NCBI GenBank assembly: GCA_963767925.1
Contig: CAVYGB010000008.1
Location: forward strand, 1,376,001-1,440,000
From: an uncultured delta proteobacterium
GTDB lineage: Bacteria > Myxococcota_A > Polyangia > Fen-1088
DNA: 64,000 nt
Direction: 5' to 3'
Each line of letters begins with the position of its first letter. Position 1 is the first letter of the stretch. Of this stretch, positions 13,314 through 23,136 are shown in pieces. The translations under genes were made by a program, and so were the position numbers. The notes under the pieces are model-generated. The model ran no database searches, had not been told where the DNA came from, and saw only the letters and a list, made by a program, of their open reading frames with translations.

Positions 13314-14087
13314 ATGCGCGCTGCCCTGGTGGCGATGTTCCTCCTGCTGGGCGGGTCGCCGGCCCTGGCCGCCGATCGCTGGATCCAGCTCTTCAACGGG
13401 CGAGACCTCACCGGCTGGAGGCCCAAGATCCGGGGGCACGCCCTGGGCGACAACCACGCCGACACCTTCCGGGTCTCGGACGGGGTGCTGCGGGTGTCGT
13501 ACGACAGGTACAAGGCCTTCGAGGGTCGATTCGGTCACCTGGCCTACCAGCGGCCGTTCTCCAGCTACCGCCTGCGCGTCGAATACCGGTTCGTGGGCGA
13601 GCAATGTCCGGGCGGTCCAGGGTGGGCCTTCCGCAACAGCGGAGTGATGATCCACGGTCAGCCGCCCGAGAGCATGGCCCTGGATCAGGAGTTCCCGGTC
13701 TCGATCGAGGTACAGTTCCTGGGCGGCCGGAACACCGAGAAGCGACCGACCGCCAACATGTGCTCCCCTGGCACCCACGTCGTGTACGAGGGCAAGCTGG
13801 CCACCCAGCACTGCATCCAGTCGCGCTCCCCCACCATCGCCGGCGATCGCTGGGTCACGGTGGAGGTCCGCGTCCAGGGCAACCGCCTGATCGAGCACCT
13901 CGTCGATGGCCAGCCCGTGCTCCGCTACTCCGAGCCCCAGCTCGACGAGCGCGACCCCCAGGCCGCCCGACTGCTCGAGAGCGGAACCAAGAAGCCGCTC
14001 GCCGGTGGGTTCATCTACCTGCAGGCGGAGAGCCACCCCGTCGAGTTCCGGAAGGTCGAGCTGCTGCCCGAAGGCGACGGCGGCTGA
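13314..14087 (+). CDS. Secreted DUF1080 (3-keto-disaccharide hydrolase-like) protein
   Basis: Signal peptide (ALA-ADRW), LFNGRDLTGW, NSGV, GFIYLQAESHPVEFRK. Confidence 0.88.
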   Translation: MRAALVAMFLLLGGSPALAADRWIQLFNGRDLTGWRPKIRGHALGDNHADTFRVSDGVLRVSYDRYKAFEGRFGHLAYQRPFSSYRLRVEYRFVGEQCPGGPGWAFRNSGVMIHGQPPESMALDQEFPVSIEVQFLGGRNTEKRPTANMCSPGTHVVYEGKLATQHCIQSRSPTIAGDRWVTVEVRVQGNRLIEHLVDGQPVLRYSEPQLDERDPQAARLLESGTKKPLAGGFIYLQAESHPVEFRKVELLPEGDGG

Positions 14088-14098
14088 TCCCGCCGCCG

Positions 14099-15277
14099 TC
14101 AGGGGCTGGCGTCGAGGCGCGGCTCGGGCGGGCCCGGACCGGCGCCGGCCAGCAGGCGGTCTCCGATCGCGCGCAGGGCGGACAGGCTCGAGGCCTCGTG
14201 GGCCAGCAGGGGAACCTGCAGGATCGGGATCCGGGGGGCCCGCTCGGCCAGCCGGTCGAGCTCGCGGCGCTGGGAACGGGCGCTGCGGGCCAGGTAGTCG
14301 GCCGCGTTGCCGAGCAGCGCGCTGGCGGTCTGCCGCTGGCTGGCCGGCCACCCCTGGAGCTGCGGCTGCGCCTCGAGCTGGGTCCGCACCTCTTCCAGCT
14401 CGGACAACCCGGGGGCGGGCAAGAGCCGGTTGGCCACGAAGGCATCCAGGGTCAGGCCGGCCTGGGTCAGGCGCTCGAAGAAGTAGAGGGCCTCGTTGAC
14501 CGCCGGCAGCTCGGGGGCGAGCACCAGCAGAAAGCCCGCCTCCGGCCGCCGCAGCAGCGTCTCGACGGCCCGCGCCCGCTCGAGGAAGCCACCCAGCACG
14601 CCCTGGAAGTCGGAGAGGAACGCCCCCAGGTCGTCGAGGAAGCGGCTGCCCACGAAGCGGCCGATGCGGGACAGGGCCAGGGCCCCACCCGAGCGGAGAC
14701 GCCGCAGGGAGAAGCGACCCTGGGTCTCGCCGGATCGGGCGAACCAGCTCACCGCCGGGCTCGACACCGCCTCGGCGATGCGGCGGGGGGCATCGAGGAA
14801 GTCGAGGGCATTGGCGGTGGGGGGGGTGTCGAGCACGATGAGGTCGTAGGCCCCGCTCTGGTAAAAATCGAACAGGGCCAGCGTGGCCGCGTACTCCTGC
14901 GAGCCAGTTAGGCTGGTGGTGACCTGCCGGTAGATGGCGTTGTCGAAGATGCGCCGGCGCATCTCCGGCTCGGGGACCTGCGACTCGACGAGCCGGCGGA
15001 AGGCGAGGGCGGTGTCGATGCGGGCCGCCGAGAGCAGGCCCTCCTCGACCCCCAGGGCCCGGCTGGCCTCGGCGGGCAGGCGGGTAGGGGCGTCGCCCAG
15101 CGCCGGCAGGCCCAGGGCGTCGGCCAGGCGGGGTGCCGGATCGATGGTGGCGACGAGCGTACGCCGACCCGCCCGGGCAGAGACCGCGCCGATGGCCGCC
15201 GCCACCGTGGTCTTGCCGACGCCACCAGGCCCGGCCGAGACCACGATGCGCCTCTTTCCGAGGACGTCGCTCAGCAC
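14099..15277 (-). CDS. ArsA/Get3-family ATPase lacking the signature lysine (GPGGVGKT)
   Basis: GPGGVGKTT, TIDPA, SQEY, VLDTPPT, ALDFLDAP; GTG start inferred. Confidence 0.85.
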   Translation of the reverse strand: MLSDVLGKRRIVVSAGPGGVGKTTVAAAIGAVSARAGRRTLVATIDPAPRLADALGLPALGDAPTRLPAEASRALGVEEGLLSAARIDTALAFRRLVESQVPEPEMRRRIFDNAIYRQVTTSLTGSQEYAATLALFDFYQSGAYDLIVLDTPPTANALDFLDAPRRIAEAVSSPAVSWFARSGETQGRFSLRRLRSGGALALSRIGRFVGSRFLDDLGAFLSDFQGVLGGFLERARAVETLLRRPEAGFLLVLAPELPAVNEALYFFERLTQAGLTLDAFVANRLLPAPGLSELEEVRTQLEAQPQLQGWPASQRQTASALLGNAADYLARSARSQRRELDRLAERAPRIPILQVPLLAHEASSLSALRAIGDRLLAGAGPGPPEPRLDASP

Positions 15278-15326
15278 CCTCGTGCTCGCGCGCGCCCGAC
15301 CGGACGGGTGGGAGGTCGCCGCCGCC

Positions 15327-16121
15327 TCATGAGATCCGGACCAGGGCGGCGGTGATGTTGTCGGGCCCTCCGGCGGCGTTGGCCGCCTGGATGAGCCGCT
15401 GGGCCCCCGCCTCCAGGTCGGACATCTCCGAGAGCATCCTGGCCAAGATGGGATCGGGGACCGATCCCCACAAGCCATCGGAGCAGACCAGGTAGACGTC
15501 GCCGCGATCGAGCTCGAAGGTGCTCACGGTCGGGTCGACCTCGGGCTTGCTTCCCAGGGCCCGCGTGACGACGTGGCGATGCCCGATTGCCGCCAGCTCC
15601 TGCTCGGTGATGCCGGGCCGGGCCGCGCGCACCTCCTCGAGCACCGAGTGGTCGCGGGTCAAGGGCGTCAGCAGCCCGTCCCGGTGGCGATAGACCCGGA
15701 CGTCCCCCAGGTGCCCGACCACGACCTGGGTCTCTCCCACCGCCAGGGCGGCCACGGTGGCGCCCATGCGGTACAGCTCCGGGCGGGAGACGCCCGTGCC
15801 CCGGATCCGCAGGTTGGCGACCTGCATGCCGACCCGCAGGAGGTTCGATCCCAGCGACAGGCCCTTGTCGATGGGGAAGGGCCAGGGGCTGCGGGGCGCG
15901 GCGTGTTGCTCCCGGAAGAAACGCTCGACCTCCTCGACGGCGATGCGGGCGGCCATGGCGCCGCCCGCCCGGCCGCCCACGCCGTCGGCCACCACGAGGA
16001 GCCGCTGGAACAGGCCGATCGCGTCCTCGTTCTCCGCGCGTTCGCGGCCGGGATGAGAGGCGCCGGCCACGGTCAGGGCCAGCGGCGGGACCGCCTGGGT
16101 CAAGGGGGGCGCACTCGACAT
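15327..16121 (-). CDS. PP2C/PPM-family Ser/Thr protein phosphatase
   Basis: GRERAENED, VADGVGG, HLGD, TRDHS, TRALG, CSDG, GGPDNIT. Confidence 0.92.
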   Translation of the reverse strand: MSSAPPLTQAVPPLALTVAGASHPGRERAENEDAIGLFQRLLVVADGVGGRAGGAMAARIAVEEVERFFREQHAAPRSPWPFPIDKGLSLGSNLLRVGMQVANLRIRGTGVSRPELYRMGATVAALAVGETQVVVGHLGDVRVYRHRDGLLTPLTRDHSVLEEVRAARPGITEQELAAIGHRHVVTRALGSKPEVDPTVSTFELDRGDVYLVCSDGLWGSVPDPILARMLSEMSDLEAGAQRLIQAANAAGGPDNITAALVRIS

Positions 16122-16138
16122 GAGCTCGACCAATGAGG

Positions 16139-17633
16139 TTACGCCTTTCCGACCGCGTCGTGCCAGCGCGCGCGGAGATCCCGCAGCCGCTCGGGGTGGG
16201 TGTGGTCGGCCGTGGGGAGGAAGCGGGTGACCGAGGAGGTGGCGCCGTCGCCGGCTCCGGCGCGGTCGCCGTCGGGGGAAAAGAACGAGATCGCCCGACC
16301 GGCCAGGCGCGCAGCGCCAAGCGCGGTCACCTCCACCGCCGGTGGGCGCACCACCTCGGTGTCGAGCAGGTCGGCCTGGATCTGCATGAGCAGGTCGTTG
16401 GCGGTGGCGCCGCCGTCGACCCGGAGCGAGCGGAGGGTCCGTCCCGAATCGGCCTGCATCGCCGTCACCAGCTCGACGATCTGCAGCGCGATCGCCTCGA
16501 GGGCGGCGCGGGCCAGGTGGGCGCGGGTGGTTCCCCGGGTGATGCCGGCGATGAGACCCCTGGCCTCGGGACGCCAGTGGGGCGCGCCCAGGCCGGCCAG
16601 CGCCGGGATCGACCACCACGCCCCCGCTGTCGGGCACCGAGGCCGCCAGGGGCTCGATGTCGGCCGAACGCTCGATGATGCCCAGGCCGTCGCGCAGCCA
16701 CTGGACGAGGGCCCCGGCGACGAAGGCGCTGCCCTCGAGGGCGAAGGTGGTGACGCCGTCGAGCTGCCAGGCCACGCTGGTGAGCAGCCGGTGCTGCGAC
16801 TGGATCACCTTGTCGCCGATGTTCATCAGGAGAAAAGCGCCCGTGCCGTAGGTGCACTTGGCGTCGCCAGGAGAAAAACAGGCCTGCCCGTAGAGGGCGG
16901 CCTGCTGGTCGCCGGCCATCCCGCACAGGGGCGTGCCATCGGCCAGCCCGGGCACCCCCCGGCAGGACGCCAGTTGCCCCGAGCAAGGCACCAGCCGGGG
17001 CAACACCGCCCGGGGCACCCCGAAAAGGGCCAGCAGCTCGTCGCTCCAGTCCAGGCGGTGGAGATCGAAGAGCAGGGTGCGGGAAGCGTTGCTGACGTCG
17101 GTGATGTGGGCCTGGCCCCCCGAGAGGCGGAAGGCGAGGTAGGCGTCGACCGTGCCGAAGGCGATCTCGCCCCGCTCGGCCCGGGCCCGCAGGCCCGGCT
17201 GGTTATCGAGCAGCCAGGCGATCTTGGTAGCCGAGAAGTAGGGATCGAGGAGCAGCCCGGTCCGGGCGGCGACCGCCGGCTCGTGCCCGGCCCGCCGGAG
17301 CGCGGCGCAAGCCTCCTGGGTGCGGCGATCTTGCCAGACGATGGCCGGTCCCACCGGGCGGCCGCTCTGCCGGTCCCACAACACGGTTGTCTCGCGCTGG
17401 TTGGTCAGGCCGACCGCCACCACCTCGGGCTCGCCGGCCGCCGCCCGGGCGAGGGCCAGCGCCTCGTGGCTCGACCGCACCCAGTCCTCGGAGTCGTGCT
17501 CCACCCGGCCGGGAGCCGGGAAGTGCTGGGGGATCTCCCGGTAGCCCCGGCCCACGATGGCCCCGCTCGGATCGAGCAGCAGCACCGTGGTGCCGGTGGT
17601 GCCCTGGTCGATGGCGGCCAGCACCTTCTTCAC
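16139..17633 (-). CDS. glpK: Glycerol kinase (frameshift near 16610)
   Basis: [59 protein letters not shown]. Confidence 0.94.
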
Positions 17634-18490
17634 GCGGAGGCTCCCCCGGAGGAGGCGGCCGGCAGGGGCGCCCCCGCCGAACCCCCGTATTTGTTGAAGA
17701 AGCGCACGACCGCGTCGATCACCGTCCGCCGCTCGACATCGATGCCGATGAGGTGGCCGGATCGCTCGAGCCAGACCCGCTCGATCTCGGTGGCCCCGAT
17801 GGTGCCCGCCAGCTCGAGCGAATCCTCGAGGGGGACCGTCCGGTCGCGCCCGCCGTGCATCACGAGGGTCGGCGCCATCACCTCGGGCAGGTCGCGGCGG
17901 ACCAGCTCGCCGAGCTCGATCAAGCTGTGCACCCCCTCGAGCGGCAGGGCCACGTGGCTGGGGTTGCGCAGGGCCATCTCCGGGTCGAGCACGTCGAAGC
18001 CCCGCGACTTGGGCAGCAGGCCCAGGGGGCCGTTCCGCAGCGCCCGCGGCAGGCGGGCCCAGGCCCGCACCGCCGCCACCTCCAGGGGGCGAAGACGCAG
18101 CGGGGCCGACATCACGGCGATGGCCGAGACGATGCGGGGATGACGGCGGGCCAGCGAGACCGCCAGCAGCCCCCCCAGGGAGAAGCCCGCCACCGCGACC
18201 GGCGCGCCTCCGACCTCGGCCGCCAGCTCGAGCAGCGCGCGCTCGGCCGAGGCCAGCCAGTCCCCGTGCCGGGTGCTGCGCAGGTCCTGGAGCGAGCCGC
18301 AATGCCCGGCCAGCACCGGCGCCTGCACCGTGTACCCCTGGGCGGCCAGGCCCTCGGCGATCGGTCGCACCTCGAAGGGCGTTCCGCTATAGCCGTGTAG
18401 GCAGAGGGCCGCGCGACGATCGCGACCCCTGGCGAAGAAAGGCGATTTGTCCCCGTCACCGGAACGTAGAAAGTGGGAGAGCCAGCCCAT
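17630..18490 (-). CDS. Alpha/beta hydrolase, carboxylesterase/monoacylglycerol-lipase-like
   Basis: LHGYSG, GFSLGG nucleophile elbow, DRTVP, SGH; GTGA overlap with glpK. Confidence 0.85.
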   Translation of the reverse strand: MGWLSHFLRSGDGDKSPFFARGRDRRAALCLHGYSGTPFEVRPIAEGLAAQGYTVQAPVLAGHCGSLQDLRSTRHGDWLASAERALLELAAEVGGAPVAVAGFSLGGLLAVSLARRHPRIVSAIAVMSAPLRLRPLEVAAVRAWARLPRALRNGPLGLLPKSRGFDVLDPEMALRNPSHVALPLEGVHSLIELGELVRRDLPEVMAPTLVMHGGRDRTVPLEDSLELAGTIGATEIERVWLERSGHLIGIDVERRTVIDAVVRFFNKYGGSAGAPLPAASSGGASA

Positions 18491-18553
18491 GAGGAGCGTC
18501 TGTCGAAACCAGGCCTACCTGCCGTGACCAGGGTCGACCACCGCCGGAGATTA

Positions 18554-18570
18554 CCGGAGAGCCGATTGCC
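18554..18570 (+). promoter_or_regulatory. Possible sigma54 (-24/-12) promoter upstream of the activator gene
   Basis: CCGGAGAGCCGATTGCC gives GG-N10-GC with TTGC; the -24 flank deviates from consensus. Confidence 0.3.
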
Positions 18571-18600
18571 TGATACCATTTTAGTAGCAAGGTCACGGTC

Positions 18601-20052
18601 ATGCGTCGCGTTCTGGTGGTCGACGACGAGGAAAACCTCCGTCACATGCTGCAGATTCTCCTGCGGCGGGAGGGCTATGAGGCCGTGGGGGCGGCCTCGG
18701 TGGAGGTCGCCCTGGGCGAGCTGCAGACGAGGCCCTTCGACGTCGTCCTCGTCGACCTGCGGATGCCCGGCCGCTCCGGGCTGGAGCTGGTCGATGAGGT
18801 GAGAAAGCGCCGCCTCGACACCACCGTCGTCGTCATGACCGCCTACGGGAGTCGGGAGGTGGCCATCGAGGCCATGAAGCGGGGGGCCTACGACTACCTG
18901 TCCAAGCCGTTCGAATCGGACGAGCTGGTGCTGCTCCTGCGCAAGGCCGAGGAGCGCGAACGGCTGTTCCGGGAGAACCAGAGCCTTCGGCGGGAGCTGC
19001 GCGCCGGCGGGCGCGAGCCGGAGAACGGCCTCGCCGACATCATCGCCAAGAGCGCCAGCATGGTGGACCTGTTCCGCACCCTGCGGAAGATCGCCGAGTT
19101 CAAGACCACCGTCCTCGTGGGAGGGGAGTCCGGCACCGGCAAGGAGCTGGTGGCCCGGGCCCTGCACCGGCTATCGCCCCGCAAGGACGGACCTTTCATC
19201 GCCGTCAACTGCGGGGCCATCCCGGGGACGCTCCTCGAATCCGAGCTGTTCGGCCATCGCAAGGGGGCCTTCACCGACGCCAACCGGGACAAGCGAGGGC
19301 TGTTCGAGGAGGCCTCGAGCGGCACTCTCTTCCTCGACGAGATCGGCGAGCTGCCCCTGGCCCTGCAGGTCAAGCTGCTGCGGGTGCTGCAGGAAGAGGA
19401 GATCCGGCGGCTCGGCGACACCCAGGACATCCAGGTCGACGTGCGGGTGGTGGCGGCGACGGCGCGGGATTTGAACGCGGAGGTGGCCCGGGGGGCCTTC
19501 CGGGAGGACCTGTTTTACCGGCTGGATGTCGTGCACCTGGCGCTGCCACCGCTGCGCGAGCGGCGCGAGGACATCCCTTTGCTGGCGAGCCACTTCATCG
19601 AACGGATGAACGCGCGCATGGGGCTGGCCATCGCCGGCGTCAGCCCCGAAGCCATGCGCCGGCTCATGGATCACGAGTGGCCAGGAAACGTGCGCGAGCT
19701 CGAGAACACCATCGAGCGGGCGATGGTCCTCACCGACACCCCCCAGATCGACGTCGACGCGTTGAGCGATCGGATCGGACACGTCCAGCGGGTGGCGCCG
19801 CCGGTGGTTTCCCCGAACGACGGCGACCTCTCCATCAAGCGCGCGTCTCGCCGCGCCGAGGAGGAGCTGATCCGCCGGGCGCTGGCCAAGACGGCCGGCA
19901 ACCGCACGAGGGCCGCGGAGTTGCTGGAGATCAGCCACCGCGCGTTGCTCTATAAAATCAAGGAATACGGCATCGGCTCCGCCCGGGGAGACGGCGATAC
20001 GCCGACCCCCGCGCCTTTGCCCTCAACTCGGAGGCCCGGAGGATCGATGTGA
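18601..20052 (+). CDS. Sigma54-dependent response regulator (REC-AAA+-Fis HTH)
   Basis: VVDDE receiver, GESGTGKE, ESELFGH, GAFTDA, FLDEIGE, WPGNVREL, GNRTRAAELL. Confidence 0.95.
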   Translation: MRRVLVVDDEENLRHMLQILLRREGYEAVGAASVEVALGELQTRPFDVVLVDLRMPGRSGLELVDEVRKRRLDTTVVVMTAYGSREVAIEAMKRGAYDYLSKPFESDELVLLLRKAEERERLFRENQSLRRELRAGGREPENGLADIIAKSASMVDLFRTLRKIAEFKTTVLVGGESGTGKELVARALHRLSPRKDGPFIAVNCGAIPGTLLESELFGHRKGAFTDANRDKRGLFEEASSGTLFLDEIGELPLALQVKLLRVLQEEEIRRLGDTQDIQVDVRVVAATARDLNAEVARGAFREDLFYRLDVVHLALPPLRERREDIPLLASHFIERMNARMGLAIAGVSPEAMRRLMDHEWPGNVRELENTIERAMVLTDTPQIDVDALSDRIGHVQRVAPPVVSPNDGDLSIKRASRRAEEELIRRALAKTAGNRTRAAELLEISHRALLYKIKEYGIGSARGDGDTPTPAPLPSTRRPGGSM

Positions 20053-20217
20053 TATTGACGTGAAGCCGCTTACGCTCTTGTCGGAGCATCACGGTGTGGG
20101 CGGAGGGGCGCGCGGCGAGGCGAGGTCAGCGATCGGAAACAGGATCAGCGACCGCCGCGTCAGCGAAGCCGCTCTTCAGAGGAACCGCCGGATCCGCCGA
20201 GACCCAGGGGGGGGATC

Positions 20218-21261
20218 ATGCCTCGCCACTGTATAGGCCTCGATATCGGATCGAACTCCATCAAGGCGGTCCAGCTCCGGGAGACCGGCAAGGGGCTGCA
20301 GCTCCTGAGCTTCGGGATCGAGCCGCTGCCCGCCCAGACCATCGTCGACGGTTCGATCATGAACCAGGCGGCGGTGGTGGAGGCGATCCGGACGCTGCGG
20401 AACCTCCTGCGCTTCAAGGGGCGGGAGGTGGCCACCGCGGTCTCCGGGCACTCGGTCATCGTCAAGAAGATCAAGATGCCGGAGATGACCCGGGAGGAGC
20501 TCGAGGAGCACATCCCCTGGGAGGCCGAGCACCACATCCCCTTCCCCAAGGACGAGGTGGAGATGGACCACCAGGTGCTGGGCAAGGCCGGCGGTCAGAT
20601 GGAGGTGGTGCTGGTCGCCGCCAAGAAAGAGGTCATCGCCGACTACACGATGGCCATCCGCGAGGCCAAGCTGCAGCCGGCGGTCCTCGACGTCACCGCC
20701 TTCACCATCCAGAACGCCTTCGAGGTGAACTACAGCCTCGAGCCGAACGAGGCCGTCGCCCTGATCAACATCGGGGCGACGATGGCCACCATCAACATCC
20801 TCGGTAACGGGACCAGCGCCTTCACCCGCGATGTGGCCGGGGGTGGCAACGATTTTACCGAGGAGATCCAGAAGCGCCTGAACGTCAGCCAGGAAGAGGC
20901 CGAGGCCTGGAAGCTGGGCGGCACCGCCGAAGGGGAGGTGGTGCCCCATGAGGTGGAGGGGGTGATGGAGGAGATGGCCGACGGCATGGCCGGCAAGCTG
21001 CAGCGTTCGCTCGACTTCTTTCTCTCGTCGACCGCCGACGCCAAGCTGACCCGGGTCTACCTGTGCGGGGGGACGGCCAAGGTGCCGGCCCTGCAACGGG
21101 CGCTCGAGCAGAAGTCCCACACCACGGTGGAGATCCTCGACCCCTTCCGGCGCATCATCGTCGACGAGAAGCGGTTCGACCCGGCCTTCCTGCGCCAGCA
21201 CGCCGCCGAGGCGGCGGTGGCGGTGGGCCTGGCCCTGCGGCACCTGGGGGACAAGTCGTGA
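20218..21261 (+). CDS. pilM: Type IV pilus assembly protein PilM
   Basis: IGLDIGSNSIK actin-like motif, WEAEHHIPF, INIGA, GGTAK, VAVGLAL. Confidence 0.94.
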   Translation: MPRHCIGLDIGSNSIKAVQLRETGKGLQLLSFGIEPLPAQTIVDGSIMNQAAVVEAIRTLRNLLRFKGREVATAVSGHSVIVKKIKMPEMTREELEEHIPWEAEHHIPFPKDEVEMDHQVLGKAGGQMEVVLVAAKKEVIADYTMAIREAKLQPAVLDVTAFTIQNAFEVNYSLEPNEAVALINIGATMATINILGNGTSAFTRDVAGGGNDFTEEIQKRLNVSQEEAEAWKLGGTAEGEVVPHEVEGVMEEMADGMAGKLQRSLDFFLSSTADAKLTRVYLCGGTAKVPALQRALEQKSHTTVEILDPFRRIIVDEKRFDPAFLRQHAAEAAVAVGLALRHLGDKS

Positions 21262-21890
21262 TCCGGATAAACCTCATCCGCCAAAAGCGCGGGCTGCGCG
21301 CCGAGGCGGGGCAGCGCCACCTGATGGCGATGGGGGCGGCCCTGCTGCTCGGCCTGGGCGGGGTGGTGGGCGTCCACCTCCACGAGACCGGGAAGCTGGA
21401 CGCCCTCACCGAGGAGAACACCCGCATCCAGGCCGACATCGACCGCCTGAAGGCCGAGCTCGGCGACTACGACAAGGTCAAGGGCCAGCGCGAGGAGCTG
21501 CTCAAGCAGCGCAAGAGCATCCAGTCGCTCGAGGCGGGCCGCACCGGCCCCGTCTTCCTGCTGCGCGAGCTGTCCGAGATCCTGACGCCGGGCAAAGGTC
21601 CCACCTTCGATCGGGTGGCCTACGAGGAGGCCCTGCGCCGCGACCCCAACGTCGGCTTCAATGCCGCCTGGGACACCCGCCGGGCCTGGCTCGTGAGCTA
21701 CGAGGAGCAGCAGAAGAAGGTCCGCATGCGGGGGGCGGCCAAGTCCCACGACGATGCCGCCGAGTTCATGAAGCGGCTCAATTCCTCGGTGTTCTTCAAC
21801 GGCGTCCGCCTGGAGAACACGGTTCAGTCATCGGAGTCCGGGCCGGTCCGCCACATCACCTTCAACCTGAACGCCGAGGTAACCTACTGA
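21258..21890 (+). CDS. pilN: Type IV pilus assembly protein PilN
   Basis: IRINLI N-terminal motif, TM segment, coiled coil; overlaps pilM stop. Confidence 0.9.
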   Translation: MIRINLIRQKRGLRAEAGQRHLMAMGAALLLGLGGVVGVHLHETGKLDALTEENTRIQADIDRLKAELGDYDKVKGQREELLKQRKSIQSLEAGRTGPVFLLRELSEILTPGKGPTFDRVAYEEALRRDPNVGFNAAWDTRRAWLVSYEEQQKKVRMRGAAKSHDDAAEFMKRLNSSVFFNGVRLENTVQSSESGPVRHITFNLNAEVTY

Positions 21891-22492
21891 TGAACGAGCT
21901 CATCTCGAAGCTGATGAAGCTCAAGCCGCCGCAGAAGGCGGCCGCGACCGCGGTGGCCATCGCGGTGATCGCGGGACTCTATTACCAGTTCTTCTACGCC
22001 GACATCAGCGACAGCCTGGCGGCGGCGGAGGCTGCCCGGACCCGACTGGCCGAGGAGCGGTCGGGCTATGAGCGGCGCAAGGTGGAGTACCTGGCCTACC
22101 GCAACGAGCTGGTGCAATTGCAGGAGGAGCAGCGCGAGCTGCTGCGAGTCCTGCCCAAGCGCGACGAGATCGCCTCTTTCCTCGGCAGCATCCAGGAGCA
22201 GGGGGAGCTGTCGGGCCTCGAGGTGATGAGCTTCAACGTGGAGAACGAGATCCCCGAGGAGCTCTACATCAAGATCCCCGTGCGGATGGAGGTGCGGGGC
22301 GGGTTTCACTCGGTGACGAAGTTCTTCAAGAGCGTGAGCGAGCTGCGCCGCATCGTCACGGTCGAGGACCTGGCCCTGGTGCCCGAGCGCGACGTGCGCG
22401 ACGAGAGCGCCCCGATGCGGCTGAAGGCCCGCTTCGTGGCTGCCACCTACCGCTATCAAGATCCGGCCGAGAAGGAGGGGGGTGGAACTTGA
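21890..22492 (+). CDS. pilO: Type IV pilus assembly protein PilO
   Basis: TM segment, LP..DEI, YIKIPV, LRRIV, ATYRY; operon position. Confidence 0.9.
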   Translation: MNELISKLMKLKPPQKAAATAVAIAVIAGLYYQFFYADISDSLAAAEAARTRLAEERSGYERRKVEYLAYRNELVQLQEEQRELLRVLPKRDEIASFLGSIQEQGELSGLEVMSFNVENEIPEELYIKIPVRMEVRGGFHSVTKFFKSVSELRRIVTVEDLALVPERDVRDESAPMRLKARFVAATYRYQDPAEKEGGGT

Positions 22493-23136
22493 GCGCGCTG
22501 CGGGTGGGCAAGGTCGTGGGGGTGATGGTGTTGCTGTCGGGGGTGGGCCACGCCCAGCCACCGGGAGCGGAAAACGATCCGACGATGAACCGACCGGGCA
22601 CGCCCCGCCTCGGCGAGGTCAGGAGCACGATCACGAGTGCGGTCAAGGAGGCAGCCGAGCGCGCCGCCGGCAAGGTGACAGGGACCGCTGCCGCCGCGGC
22701 GCCCGCCGGCCCCGCCCCCTCCGATCCCGCCGCCCGGGCGGCGGCGCTCCGGCGCAAGACGCTGCGCGAGGAGGACTTCGTCGACAACGACGAGAGCAAC
22801 CGGGATCCGTTCAAGTCCTTCATCCGGCTGTTCATCGACAAGGGCGTGACGAAGACCCGGCAGGTCCCGGCCATCTTCGAGAAGTTCGCCCTCGAGGAGC
22901 TGGCTCTCATCGCGGTCGTCTCGGGCGACGCCCAGCCCCGGGCCATGTTCCGGGATCCGGGTGGGCTCGGGCAGACCGTCAAGCGCGGCGACTACGTCTC
23001 CAAGTCGGGGGCCCGCATCACGAAGATCCTGTCCGACCGGGTGATCCTGGAGGTTGCCGAGAGCAGCTCCACCGGTGAACCGCGCGCGATCGAGAAGGCC
23101 GTCCTCGTCCATCCCGAGGAAGAGGCACAAAAATGA
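22489..23136 (+). CDS. pilP: Type IV pilus assembly protein PilP
   Basis: RDPF motif, EKFALEELALIAVV, GDYV beta domain; position between pilO and pilQ. Confidence 0.85.
   Translation: MSALRVGKVVGVMVLLSGVGHAQPPGAENDPTMNRPGTPRLGEVRSTITSAVKEAAERAAGKVTGTAAAAAPAGPAPSDPAARAAALRRKTLREEDFVDNDESNRDPFKSFIRLFIDKGVTKTRQVPAIFEKFALEELALIAVVSGDAQPRAMFRDPGGLGQTVKRGDYVSKSGARITKILSDRVILEVAESSSTGEPRAIEKAVLVHPEEEAQK

Noticed and set aside
15327..18302. 991-aa GlpK-PP2C fusion ORF
   Set aside because: Caused by the frameshift near 16610; the GlpK C-terminus and stop lie in another frame (ends 16139)
20097..20111. GG-N10-GC sigma54 site upstream of pilM
   Set aside because: Lacks TTGC and the CAC flank; expected by chance at this GC content
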